A stretch of 38,989 nucleotides of DNA. It comes from a virus. Below are positions 1 to 8,222 of this stretch, piece after piece. The notes beneath the pieces were generated by a model, which saw only the letters and a list, made by a program, of their open reading frames with translations, was not told where the DNA came from and ran no database searches. Every line of letters starts with the position of its first letter. The first letter of the stretch is position 1. The stretch lies in the IMG/VR virus record IMGVR_UViG_3300048930_000687; one strand, written 5' to 3'. The translations under genes and the position numbers were made by a program.

Positions 1-127
1 CGGTCACGCGTGAAAGCGTCACCGCTTGCCTCCGTACCAGGTCGATTGCGTGTTGCCGAGCGCGGCACGTCGCAGTTGCTCGTCGAGGTATTCGAGCGCG
101 CCGAGGTCGCAGCGTGCTGGCGCCATG
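1..127. repeat. Terminal direct repeat, identical to 38863-38989
   Basis: Read directly: cggtcacgcgtgaaagcgtcacc...gctggcgccatg occurs at both window ends. Confidence 0.9.
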
Positions 128-2763
128 GCCAGGTAGATGCGGATGCCACGAACGGACGTGCTGGCGAGCGACTTGTGGGTGGGGCTAGTGTCGACCCATA
201 CGAGCTTGGCGGCGTATTGCCTGAGTAGGCGTGCGTTGCCGATCGCGGCATCTCTGCCGTATCTGCGTCGGACGAGTTCGACGGCGGCGCTCACGCGAAT
301 GATGAGCGTGCCGTCCAGCGCTCCGGGCGTCATGACTAGGCTGGGATCTTTGCTTTCTCCTGCGGCGCTGCCGAGTTGTTCGAGGAAGGTTTCGAGGTTG
401 GTCTTTGACTCGTCGCCGCCTTCGAGGGTTTGTTGGACGCCGACTTCGAGGGCGAGCTGGATGTTGGTGTCGTTGAAGAGGTCGTTGTCTACGTCGTTTT
501 GGGCGTGTAGGAGGCCGTAGGCGATGTAGGTGAGGGCGAATTCGAGGCGGGGGCCGCCGCGGGCGTTGGCGGCGGTTTTGGCGAGTTTGTGGGCGCGTTG
601 GAAGCGTGACTGGTGGTCAGCCTCAGACAGGGTTAGGGCGCATTGGGCTAGGTGGTGGGCGTATGCCCAGTTGGGGGCGGATTGGGTTGCGAGGTAGGTG
701 GGGGTGTTGCCGCGGTCTTCCTGGAGGATGAAGTACAAGGGGCCGCGGGATAGTGCGGCGGCGTCTTCGGTGAAGCCTTCACCGGCGACGATCAAGGGCG
801 AGTTGAGGATGTAGGCGTGGTCTTTGGCGGCGATGCCGCTGCCGCGCCATTTGATGCCGAGGTCGTGGTGCTTGCGGAGTTGGCTGTCGTCGATGCTGCC
901 GGGTCGGTATTCGTCGAGGGCGGCGAGGCGGTTGTTGAGGTTGGCGAAGCTGCTGTCGTACTGGTAGGGGGTGAGGTTGGGTGCCTTGCGCAATCGTGCG
1001 CTTGGGTGGCCGGTGGTGAGGGCCAGGACCAGCTCGATGCTGCTGCTCTTGCCCGACTCTCGTTCGCCTGTGATGTACAGGAACGGCAACCGGTCGCCAA
1101 GGAGTGGTGTGAGGCGGGGGCTGAATGCGCTGGCGAGGCCGTAACCGATGAGGGCCATGGCGGCGCTGGGCGTGATGAGGGACAGCAACTGCCGGATGGT
1201 GTGCCGGGCTGCGTCTACCTGGTCTGGTGTGCCGGGTTTGAGGTTGCGGTAGGCGGGGCCGGGGTCGAGCGGCGTGCCGGCGTAGAACAGGTGCTCATGC
1301 AGCGTGTCCTGGTAGAGCGCGGTCCATTGGTCGTTGATCTTGTGCAGCCCATAGGTGGTGACTCCCCTAGCGATGGGGAGTTTGGGGCTGTTGGTGAGGA
1401 TGAACTGGCGGATGTAGGCGATGTCGCTGTTGCTGTTGGTGAAGACGACGGCGTTGTGGCTGCTGATCTCGGCGAGAAGGTCGCGGCGGCTGCTCCAGGC
1501 TTTGGCGGGTAGGTCGATGGTGTGCCGGGTGTGGGTGTTGATGGCGAGGGTGCCGCGGTGCCCGATGGTGCCGTCCGGCCATTCGAGGGTGGTGGTGGGT
1601 GTGAAGACCCAGTTGGTGAGTTGGGTGTAGGTGGGGCCGTTCTGGTTTTCGCGGACGCGGGCGTAGCCGCCTTGTTGGATGGTGATGGGGGCGTCGGCGG
1701 TGGTCTTGGCGAGGTCGTCCACGGTCTCTCCCCCGCCCTGGTTGGTGTGGATGGTGGCTGTTGGAGTGGTGCGGATGGGTGCGTTCTTGCCTGCGGTCTC
1801 CCGGTACGCCCAGTCGAGTGCGGCTAGTGCTTCGTCGTGTGGGATTGGTCCGGCGGTGCGGGCTGGCAGGATGTCGGCGAGGTGCGTGGCGAGCCGGTTG
1901 GCCTCGCTTCTGGGGAGGTTGTTTTCGCGGCAGCTCATGGCGAGCCATAGGAGGCTGCGGTGGCGGCCTACGTCGGTCTTGGTGACCTTGCGGGCGACGC
2001 GCTCGGCGCGTTCCAGGAGCCGCTCGGCGATGCCGGCGGGTGGCACCCAGTCGTCCGGCGTGGTGTTGGCTGGGGCTTCGCTGTAGGTCTCGAGGTCGGG
2101 ATCGAGCTGGAAGAACTCGATGACCTCTTGCACCGTGTAGGCGGCTTGTTGGTCGAGGTGCAGGATGCGGCTTTGGATGGGGTCGGCTTTGGTGTGCCAG
2201 AAGCCGGGGATGCGCATGACCCGACTTAGGTTGCGGCTTTCGGGTTCGCTGCCGAACTTCGCGATGATCTGCGCCTGCAACCGCTTCCACAGGTGCACGT
2301 CGCCGCAGTCGACGACTACCCAGTAGGCGTGGAGCTTGTGCGGGAGGCTGGATTGGACGATGAGGCTGGGTTTGAGTTCGGCGTCCTCGATGAGCGTGAG
2401 GTTCGCGCCGGGCTTCGCTTCGTGGTCGTATTCGATGAAGAAGGCGCTGGTGTTGATGATGTCTGCGTCGGTGATGGCGCCTTTGCCGTCGATGACGATC
2501 TTCTGGTGGCCGGTGGTGGGGTTGGGGGTGTTGACGACCATGTAGGCGCCGTACCCATCCGAATTGAGGCGGGTCATGCGTTTGAGGGTGCGGTGGCCGG
2601 GGTCGGTGATCTCGGCGAGGTCACCCCAGAGGCTGATCGTGGGACTGCCGCGCTTGATGAACCGGAACTCCGTGGGTGCCGTGCCGTGGAGGGCCTGGTA
2701 GTACCGACTGGCTTGGCGCCAGTCGGTCTCTAGGAGTGGTTGGGGGTCGCGTCGGCGGGTCAC
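19..2763 (-). CDS. Replication protein: primase-polymerase-like N-terminal region fused to P-loop (D5/SF3-like) helicase domain
   Basis: 914-aa ORF with GTG start; motifs FFIEYDHE and MRIPGFWHTK resemble archaeo-eukaryotic-type primases; Walker A-like GERESGKSS; 3' end abuts the iteron region. Confidence 0.65.
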   Translation of the reverse strand: MTRRRDPQPLLETDWRQASRYYQALHGTAPTEFRFIKRGSPTISLWGDLAEITDPGHRTLKRMTRLNSDGYGAYMVVNTPNPTTGHQKIVIDGKGAITDADIINTSAFFIEYDHEAKPGANLTLIEDAELKPSLIVQSSLPHKLHAYWVVVDCGDVHLWKRLQAQIIAKFGSEPESRNLSRVMRIPGFWHTKADPIQSRILHLDQQAAYTVQEVIEFFQLDPDLETYSEAPANTTPDDWVPPAGIAERLLERAERVARKVTKTDVGRHRSLLWLAMSCRENNLPRSEANRLATHLADILPARTAGPIPHDEALAALDWAYRETAGKNAPIRTTPTATIHTNQGGGETVDDLAKTTADAPITIQQGGYARVRENQNGPTYTQLTNWVFTPTTTLEWPDGTIGHRGTLAINTHTRHTIDLPAKAWSSRRDLLAEISSHNAVVFTNSNSDIAYIRQFILTNSPKLPIARGVTTYGLHKINDQWTALYQDTLHEHLFYAGTPLDPGPAYRNLKPGTPDQVDAARHTIRQLLSLITPSAAMALIGYGLASAFSPRLTPLLGDRLPFLYITGERESGKSSSIELVLALTTGHPSARLRKAPNLTPYQYDSSFANLNNRLAALDEYRPGSIDDSQLRKHHDLGIKWRGSGIAAKDHAYILNSPLIVAGEGFTEDAAALSRGPLYFILQEDRGNTPTYLATQSAPNWAYAHHLAQCALTLSEADHQSRFQRAHKLAKTAANARGGPRLEFALTYIAYGLLHAQNDVDNDLFNDTNIQLALEVGVQQTLEGGDESKTNLETFLEQLGSAAGESKDPSLVMTPGALDGTLIIRVSAAVELVRRRYGRDAAIGNARLLRQYAAKLVWVDTSPTHKSLASTSVRGIRIYLAMAPARCDLGALEYLDEQLRRAALGNTQSTWYGGKR

Positions 2764-2773
2764 GGCGGTTCGG

Positions 2774-4564
2774 TTACCTGGCCTCGTGTACGCGGGTGAT
2801 GAGGGTGCTGTCGGTCTGCTCGTCGGGTTTCAGGGTGTTCACCCAGAAGTCGCGCCGGGAGAGGGTGGTGATGAGGTGAATGTGGTTCTTGGCGCGCGTG
2901 ACGCTCGTGTAGTAGAAACGTCGGGGGCTGAACTTGACGGGTTCGGGTTGGTAGAGGATGACCGTGTCCCAACCTGATCCTTGGGCTTTGTGGACGGTGA
3001 CGCAGTACCCGAGCTGCATGAGGTCCTTGGCGTCCTCGATGGCGATGGTGCGCGTGCCTTCGCCGGGTCCGAAGTCGATGTCGACATCCACACCGTTGCT
3101 GCCGGTGACTTGGCCGGTTTGGCCGTTGAAAACGCCGTATGTGTAGTCGTTGTCGGTGACGAGGACTTTGTCGCCGATGCACACGCCGGCGTCCGGGTAG
3201 TTCCCACGCGAGTCTTTGGCGCTCCAGACGCGGTACGTGAACAGTGGGATGCCGGTCGGGTTGAGGAGGTCTTGGATGTGCTGGTTGAGGGCTTCGCGGG
3301 TGTCGTTCTTCCAGGTGACGACTTGCCATTCGTGATGTGCCAAGCGGGTGCTTGAGTCCCGGATTAGGGCGTTGAAGTCGTTCTCTGCGGCGTCCGGGTC
3401 GATGCCGAACCGCAAGTACACGCCGCGTTCCGGCTCGCTGGGCACGTACGCGTCTGGGGCTTGGGTGCGGATAGCCTCCGCGAACTGGTGGATGCTCACC
3501 TGACCGGCCTGGCGGTAATTGATCTCTAGGTGCACGTGCGGAAGACCGAGCGCCAAGTAGTCCGAGAAGGGCGTGCCGTACCCGATGGGTGGCAGTTGAT
3601 TCGGATCGCCGACAAGTATCAGCGTGCTGGTGGGCAACATGGCCTTGACGACCTTGGCCAGCAGCCAGTTGGGGATCATGCTGGCCTCGTCGAGCACGAC
3701 GATGTCTTCCATGAGGGGGATGGGCACGGTGTTGGGGCCTTGCAGGCCGAGGGCGCGGTGGATGGTGCTGCAGGCGACCCAATCGACGCCGTCCTCACCC
3801 ATGGCTTCTTGGCTGCGCATGGCGGCCTTGCCGGCGAACGCCATGACGCGCATGGTCTTGCGGAGCTTGCGCGCAGCGTGAGCGATGGCGGCAGTGGATT
3901 TCGTCTTGCCCGTGCCGGCCCCGCCCGTGAGGGCCATCAGGCGCGTGCCGCTCAGGGCGGTGCTGACGGCCTGTAACTGGTCCTCGTTGAGCGGTCCGAG
4001 GTCGAGGCTGGAAACGTCGGGTAGGGTGAGTTGTTGGGCGCTGGTGAGCACGTCCTCGAACAGTTCGGCGAGGTCTTGTTCGGCGCGGAGTTCGGACGGT
4101 AGCCAGGCGCGGTCGTGGTCGATCTCGACGCCGGCGAGGCGCAGTTTGGGGTTGCGGAGGTCGGCGCGTTCACGCTGCTTATCGAGTTCCCAGAGCCTGA
4201 GGGGACCGTACTGCTCGAGGATGCTCTGGTTCCCCGCCGCGTGCCGGCGAGGGTGGTCGAGGCCGACGTCGAAGTCGCCAAGGGCGACGGCGTCGGCTTT
4301 CTTCCAGTTGATGCCACGCACGTGCATGAGTTCGTAGGGGTCGAAGCTGATGAGCGCGAGGATCTCGGATTCGCTCAGGTGCTCGTCGCTTGACTTGAAC
4401 AGGTCGGGTTGCGTGAGGAGCTTCGTGAACAGCGTGTCGTGGACGCCGTGTTTGCGCCAGTCGTCGCGCATCTCGTTGTAGTGGCGTTCGATGCGGCTTG
4501 CGAGGCGGCGGCCGATGCCGTGGAGGTCGTAAACGTGCCTGTGGCGGGTGATCGTGGTAGTCAT
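2774..4564 (-). CDS. RecD-like SF1 DNA helicase
   Basis: 596 aa; Walker A GGAGTGKT, Walker B VVLDEASM, C-terminal TVHKAQGSGWD motif typical of RecD/TraA-like helicases; AAGGAG-type RBS before the ATG. Confidence 0.8.
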   Translation of the reverse strand: MTTTITRHRHVYDLHGIGRRLASRIERHYNEMRDDWRKHGVHDTLFTKLLTQPDLFKSSDEHLSESEILALISFDPYELMHVRGINWKKADAVALGDFDVGLDHPRRHAAGNQSILEQYGPLRLWELDKQRERADLRNPKLRLAGVEIDHDRAWLPSELRAEQDLAELFEDVLTSAQQLTLPDVSSLDLGPLNEDQLQAVSTALSGTRLMALTGGAGTGKTKSTAAIAHAARKLRKTMRVMAFAGKAAMRSQEAMGEDGVDWVACSTIHRALGLQGPNTVPIPLMEDIVVLDEASMIPNWLLAKVVKAMLPTSTLILVGDPNQLPPIGYGTPFSDYLALGLPHVHLEINYRQAGQVSIHQFAEAIRTQAPDAYVPSEPERGVYLRFGIDPDAAENDFNALIRDSSTRLAHHEWQVVTWKNDTREALNQHIQDLLNPTGIPLFTYRVWSAKDSRGNYPDAGVCIGDKVLVTDNDYTYGVFNGQTGQVTGSNGVDVDIDFGPGEGTRTIAIEDAKDLMQLGYCVTVHKAQGSGWDTVILYQPEPVKFSPRRFYYTSVTRAKNHIHLITTLSRRDFWVNTLKPDEQTDSTLITRVHEAR

Positions 4565-4662
4565 TTGGTGCTCCTTTGTGACGGTGCTTGCTTGGTTCCG
4601 TACGTGAGGGGCAAGGCCGGGCGTCGAGGTTCAGTCGACGCCCGGTTGCTCGCGTGCGGGGA

Positions 4663-5289
4663 TTAGGTGGGGATGCCTGCCGGGGCCTCGGTCGCGGCGG
4701 CGGTTGGCGGCTTGCGGGTGGTGGGCTTCTTCGGCAGCATCGTGGCCGCTGCCGCCTTCGCGGCGTTGTAGCCCTTCTTGTTGATCGTGAGTTCGAGCAT
4801 GCAGCTCTTGCCGATCAGGTTCTCGCCGTTCACACTCAAGCCGAGTACGTTGCCCTTGACGCCGTCGAAGGTCGTCTCGCCGGTGATGAACCACTTGCCC
4901 TTGACGTGACCCTTCTCCGGGTCGTCCTCCGTGGGCTTGAAGTAGTGGTCGAGCGGCAGGTTGGCGATTACGTCGGTGGCGAGGTCCCAGCCGATCTTGT
5001 CGCCGTCGTCACCGCCGACGAGTTCGCGACCGAGCAGGGCGCAGATGCGGTTGTAGAACTTCGCGCCGTCGTTCGTGCTGACCTTGACGAACTTCTCGGT
5101 CCACGTGAGGTCTTCGCCGAAGTCCCACGTGAACTCGGCGGACTGGTAGCGCAGGCCTTCGCCCTCGTTCTGGTCGTCGGTCATGTATTCCTTGGCCGTG
5201 TCGAGGTAGAGGCTTTTGAGCTTGGCCTCGTAGTTACCTGCTTCGATGGGGGTGTAGGCGCTTTCTTGCTTGCTGGTGGGGAGTGCCAT
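4663..5289 (-). CDS. Hypothetical protein, possibly DUF669-like phage ssDNA-binding protein
   Basis: ORF-track ORF 4663-5298; ATG at residue 4 taken as start; N-terminal PIEAGNYEAK resembles DUF669 N-termini (from memory, unverified). Confidence 0.45.
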   Translation of the reverse strand: MALPTSKQESAYTPIEAGNYEAKLKSLYLDTAKEYMTDDQNEGEGLRYQSAEFTWDFGEDLTWTEKFVKVSTNDGAKFYNRICALLGRELVGGDDGDKIGWDLATDVIANLPLDHYFKPTEDDPEKGHVKGKWFITGETTFDGVKGNVLGLSVNGENLIGKSCMLELTINKKGYNAAKAAAATMLPKKPTTRKPPTAAATEAPAGIPT

Positions 5290-5372
5290 TTGTGTCACTT
5301 TCCGGGCCGCTTGGGGCCGCTCGTGTGGACTGTTTGGCGTGAGTGGGGTCGGGTGTGCCGTGCCACGGCGGG

Positions 5373-5711
5373 TCAGCTGTTGGTGCCTCCTTGCGCGATG
5401 AGTTCGGCGCGTCGCAGTGCGGTGATCTCGCGGGCGAGTTTGTAGTCGAGGTCGGCGAGGGTGAACGCGAGTTGGGCCGCTCGGAGTGCGTCTTCGGCGT
5501 CATTGACGGCCAGGCGTTCGGTGCGAGTCACCATGTCCAGCTCGGCCTTGCGGGCAGCCTCGTTCTTGCCTTGGAGGCCGTTGAAGACCAGCTCGGTTTC
5601 GTGCTCGACCAGGTTGCGTTTGGCGAGGTTGAGCGCCGCTTGGGCGTGAGCGAGGCCGACGTGCGCGGTCTTGAGCGCCTCGGTGGCATCGTTGAGGTCG
5701 TAGATGTTCAT
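5373..5711 (-). CDS. Hypothetical protein (112 aa, helical)
   Basis: Internal ATG of track ORF 5373-6125, preceded by GGAGGA; the N-terminal Arg-rich extension in the track is probably spurious. Confidence 0.55.
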   Translation of the reverse strand: MNIYDLNDATEALKTAHVGLAHAQAALNLAKRNLVEHETELVFNGLQGKNEAARKAELDMVTRTERLAVNDAEDALRAAQLAFTLADLDYKLAREITALRRAELIAQGGTNS

Positions 5712-6178
5712 GCGGTCCTCCCAAGCACCGGCCGGCCGGTGCCCCGGCAGTCCGGACAGACGTCCCAGTCGTCGTTGACGCAGCCGCCGCCGACACTCCG
5801 GGAGCGGGCGACGATCTCGCCGCGACCGTTGCAGCGGGCGCAGGTGTTCAGGCTCTTGGCGAGCGCGCGGGCCTTCGCGGTTTTGGCCTGGCGCCGCACC
5901 TCGTTGACGACGACGCGTAGCAGCGCGACCTCGTCGAGATCGTTCGTGGCGAGCAGCCCGTGCTCGTCCAGGGCCGTGAGTAGCGCGTCCGTGGCCGTCA
6001 CGGGGTCGATGCGCGCCTCGGGTCGCGCGACAAGCGGACCGTTGCAGGTTGGGCATTCCTCCGGCATCGTGTCGCCGGGGGAGTCCCACGTGTCGCCGGT
6101 GTAGAGGCCGTCGACGCCGTGCCAACCGTCGCAGGTGGGGTCGGTGCAGAGCAGGGTGAGCGTGTGGCGGGGGGTCAT
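5708..6178 (-). CDS. Zinc-finger protein with DnaJ-like CxxCxGxG repeats
   Basis: 156 aa from internal ATG of track ORF 5708-6433; motifs CTDPTCDG, CPTCNG, CARCNGRG, CPDCRGTG; stop overlaps next start (ATGA). Confidence 0.55.
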   Translation of the reverse strand: MTPRHTLTLLCTDPTCDGWHGVDGLYTGDTWDSPGDTMPEECPTCNGPLVARPEARIDPVTATDALLTALDEHGLLATNDLDEVALLRVVVNEVRRQAKTAKARALAKSLNTCARCNGRGEIVARSRSVGGGCVNDDWDVCPDCRGTGRPVLGRTA

Positions 6179-6294
6179 GCGCGCCACCGCCTCACGGCGA
6201 CCTGCACGAGGTCGTGCAGGGCCGCCAACACCCACAACAGCAGCCCCGGAAGGAAGAACAGCAGGAACGCCCACATGGTCACGTCGAGGTTCAT
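6175..6294 (-). CDS. Small hydrophobic peptide (39 aa, one predicted TM helix)
   Basis: Not in ORF track (below size cut-off); my translation MNLDVTMWAFLLFFLPGLLLWVLAALHDLVQVAVRRWRA; GGAGGG before the ATG; ATGA overlaps with both neighbours. Confidence 0.4.
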   Translation of the reverse strand: MNLDVTMWAFLLFFLPGLLLWVLAALHDLVQVAVRRWRA

Positions 6295-6506
6295 GACGCC
6301 CTCCGGTCCGGCTCGAGGCTGCGCGTCCACACGTCAACGACCTCGCGTTCGACGGGCAGGAGCTGATGTGGGCCCTTGCGGAGGCGCTCGACGACCGCCT
6401 GCCTGTCCGCTTCGGCGGCGAGGAGCACGTCACCGGTCTCCTTGGCGCGGAGCATCAGTTGATGAGCGGTCCATCCGTGGGCGCGGATGGCGTCGAGGCG
6501 GCTCAT
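6291..6506 (-). CDS. Hypothetical protein (71 aa)
   Basis: ORF-track ORF; start overlaps upstream stop (ATGA), consistent with a coupled operon. Confidence 0.45.
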   Translation of the reverse strand: MSRLDAIRAHGWTAHQLMLRAKETGDVLLAAEADRQAVVERLRKGPHQLLPVEREVVDVWTRSLEPDRRAS

Positions 6507-6763
6507 CGCGTCACCGCTTCGCTCATGCGACGCGACGGGAAGGACGGCGCAGCGTTCGCGCTGAGGTCGGCCTCGACCTCCTGCGCGTGTTGCCTCAGCG
6601 TGGCTACTCGCGCCAGCAGGTCCATCGCGTCCTTCGTGCGGCCGTGGTCGAGGTGTCCTTCGGCTCTGGCCTTGAGGTCCGCGATGTTCTCCTGCAGGTC
6701 GTGGAGCTGCTGCCGCAGGTCTTGGCTGCGAGTCTTCCCTGGCGACTGTGCTACGTTGGTCAT
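6503..6763 (-). CDS. Hypothetical protein (86 aa, coiled-coil-like)
   Basis: Internal ATG (MTNVAQ) of track ORF 6503-6790, preceded by GAGAGGAAAG Shine-Dalgarno-like sequence. Confidence 0.5.
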   Translation of the reverse strand: MTNVAQSPGKTRSQDLRQQLHDLQENIADLKARAEGHLDHGRTKDAMDLLARVATLRQHAQEVEADLSANAAPSFPSRRMSEAVTR

Positions 6764-6796
6764 GAGCTTTCCTCTCTCCCGCGCGTCCACGCGGGT

Positions 6797-7150
6797 CTAG
6801 GAGCCTGAGCGCGCCACCTGTTGGCGCGCTCCCTTTACGCCCGCCTGGCGGGCGTGGAAGGCTTGAGAGAGTTCCGGTGACAGTTCGCCGCGTTCGACCT
6901 GGTCGAGCACCGACTTGGCGATGCGCGCCCTGCGTGCGCCTGGGAGGCGCTGGCCGTACTTGTCGAGCAGCACGTACGCCTCGTTCAGGCTGTACCCGCG
7001 GTCTTGCAGGGCCTTGGCGTCGAGTGGCCGGTCGTCTGGTGGGGCGATCACGTTGATGGCGTCGCCCGCGAGGCGTTCGGTTAGGGCGCGTTCTAGGGCG
7101 GCGCGTACCGTGGCCTCCACGGTGGCCTTGAGCACCTCATCAAGACTCAC
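6797..7150 (-). CDS. Hypothetical protein (117 aa)
   Basis: GTG start inside track ORF 6797-7225, preceded by AAGGAGG; GTGA overlap with upstream gene stop. Confidence 0.5.
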   Translation of the reverse strand: MSLDEVLKATVEATVRAALERALTERLAGDAINVIAPPDDRPLDAKALQDRGYSLNEAYVLLDKYGQRLPGARRARIAKSVLDQVERGELSPELSQAFHARQAGVKGARQQVARSGS

Positions 7151-7329
7151 GACGACACCTCCTTGGCCTTCCGGTCCGTGCCCTCCCGGGCAACTCGCCG
7201 CGCCTCCATTTCTGGGATTCGCCACTGGCTACCGACCTTGACCGCGTGGATGCGGCCTGCCTGGATGAGCCTGTAGACGCTGAACTCGCTTACGTTCAGC
7301 GTCTCTGCCAGCTCTTTCGGGGTTTTCAT
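7147..7329 (-). CDS. Excisionase-family HTH DNA-binding protein (candidate Cro/Xis-like early regulator)
   Basis: Motif AETLNVSEFSVYRLIQAGRIHAVKVGSQWRI typical of excisionase/MerR-type HTH; divergent from the repressor gene; start chosen at MKTPKE (alternatives at 7344 or 7383). Confidence 0.65.
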   Translation of the reverse strand: MKTPKELAETLNVSEFSVYRLIQAGRIHAVKVGSQWRIPEMEARRVAREGTDRKAKEVSS

Positions 7330-7422
7330 CGACAGGCTGTCCATACGCTGCACAGCATAGACCAGCAGTAGATGCAGAGTCAAGGCTGAGCGTCTATGCT
7401 ATGAACTGATGGTAGATGCGCC
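7330..7422. promoter_or_regulatory. Divergent intergenic switch region with candidate operators
   Basis: Perfect 9-bp inverted repeat AGCATAGAC / GTCTATGCT (about 7354-7362 and 7392-7400); GTAGATGC direct repeat; TTGACT -35-like hexamer on minus strand. Confidence 0.5.
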
Positions 7423-7791
7423 GTGATGCTAACTGTTGCTAACCTCGACTGGATGGCGAAAGCGTCGACATCCAGCACCCTTCGTCCCAAGTGGGGGCGC
7501 AAGCTCGCGGCTCGACGCACCGAGCTCGGTCTCAGCCTTGGGGCGATTGAGGAAATGACCAACGGCGTTGTCTATACCCAGTTGCTGTATCGCCTCGAGA
7601 ACGGTCGCATGAACCCCAGGAACCTCAAGGCTCATCAGTTGGGGGCTCTGCTGACCGCGCTAGAGTGGACGCACGAGGACTGGGATGCGTTGCTTGGGCA
7701 GCCTTCTGGAACTACCGCTGGCGTCGGTACTCCAGTCGAGACCGCGAAGGGTCACGGCAGCTCACACCTGGTTATCCCAGGGGGGTGGTGA
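7423..7791 (+). CDS. XRE-family HTH domain protein (N-terminal part of a cI/LexA-like repressor)
   Basis: HTH-XRE-like region GRKLAARRTELGLSLGAIEEMTNG...; ORF ends TGA at 7789-7791 immediately after a G6 run; track start is GTG, ATG at 7426. Confidence 0.7.
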   Translation: MMLTVANLDWMAKASTSSTLRPKWGRKLAARRTELGLSLGAIEEMTNGVVYTQLLYRLENGRMNPRNLKAHQLGALLTALEWTHEDWDALLGQPSGTTAGVGTPVETAKGHGSSHLVIPGGW

Positions 7792-8165
7792 TGGTGCCGG
7801 TCTACGGCTCAGCAAACGGCGGCAAGCCATCCGAATACGGCATCCCAGTCGACCCCGAACTAGTCAGAGGCGACAACACCCGCGCCTACCAAGTAGACGG
7901 CGACAGCATGAACACCGGCACCGAAGAAGGCATCCGAGACGGAGACTGGGTACTCGTAGACACGAGCCTCACCAAAGGCATCCCCGGCCGAGTCTTCCTC
8001 CTCGAGATCATCGGCGACGGCATGACCGTCAAACGCCTCCGCGTATTCGACGGCGAATGGCGCTTCGCCAGCGACAACCCGGAGGTCGGCGAGAGCTGGC
8101 GTGGCGACCAAGTCCGCGTCATCGGCCAGGTGTACGGCAAAGTCAACTTCAAGGCGATCCATTGA
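7791..8165 (+). CDS. S24 (LexA/cI-like) peptidase domain protein (C-terminal part of a split repressor)
   Basis: Motifs VPVYGSANGG, DGDSM (Ser nucleophile context) and TVKRL (Lys); ATG overlaps upstream stop as TGATG; frame is open for 42 codons upstream of the ATG. Confidence 0.8.
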   Translation: MVPVYGSANGGKPSEYGIPVDPELVRGDNTRAYQVDGDSMNTGTEEGIRDGDWVLVDTSLTKGIPGRVFLLEIIGDGMTVKRLRVFDGEWRFASDNPEVGESWRGDQVRVIGQVYGKVNFKAIH

Positions 8166-8222
8166 GGCAAGCAGCAACACACTGAAAAGGGTGCACGTGA
8201 ACCAAGGATGGAGGAATCCAGA

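Noticed and set aside
1-127. Terminal repeats as attL/attR of an integrated prophage, or IS or LTR ends
   Set aside because: The integrase and tRNA-derived att core lie internally (11536-12911) and the repeat contains the primase 3' end and origin motifs; more consistent with circular closure
1367-2290. 307-aa minus-strand ORF (Arg/Pro/His-rich) inside the primase gene region
   Set aside because: Low-complexity, extremely Arg/Pro-rich translation overlapping a well-supported gene; typical high-G+C antisense or alternate-frame artefact
2760-3782. 340-aa Arg-rich ORF overlapping the RecD-like helicase gene
   Set aside because: Same-strand alternate frame with implausible composition; the helicase frame carries clear Walker motifs
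4612-4645. Palindromic hairpin between the 4663-5289 gene and the helicase gene as a terminator
   Set aside because: No T-tract on either side; may be a processing or regulatory structure but evidence is insufficient to call a terminator
6119-6808. 229-aa plus-strand ORF
   Set aside because: Antisense to several coupled minus-strand genes with RBSs; Arg/Gly-rich composition
7685-8185. 166-aa Arg-rich ORF overlapping the S24 peptidase ORF
   Set aside because: Alternate frame; the S24 frame carries the conserved Ser/Lys motifs
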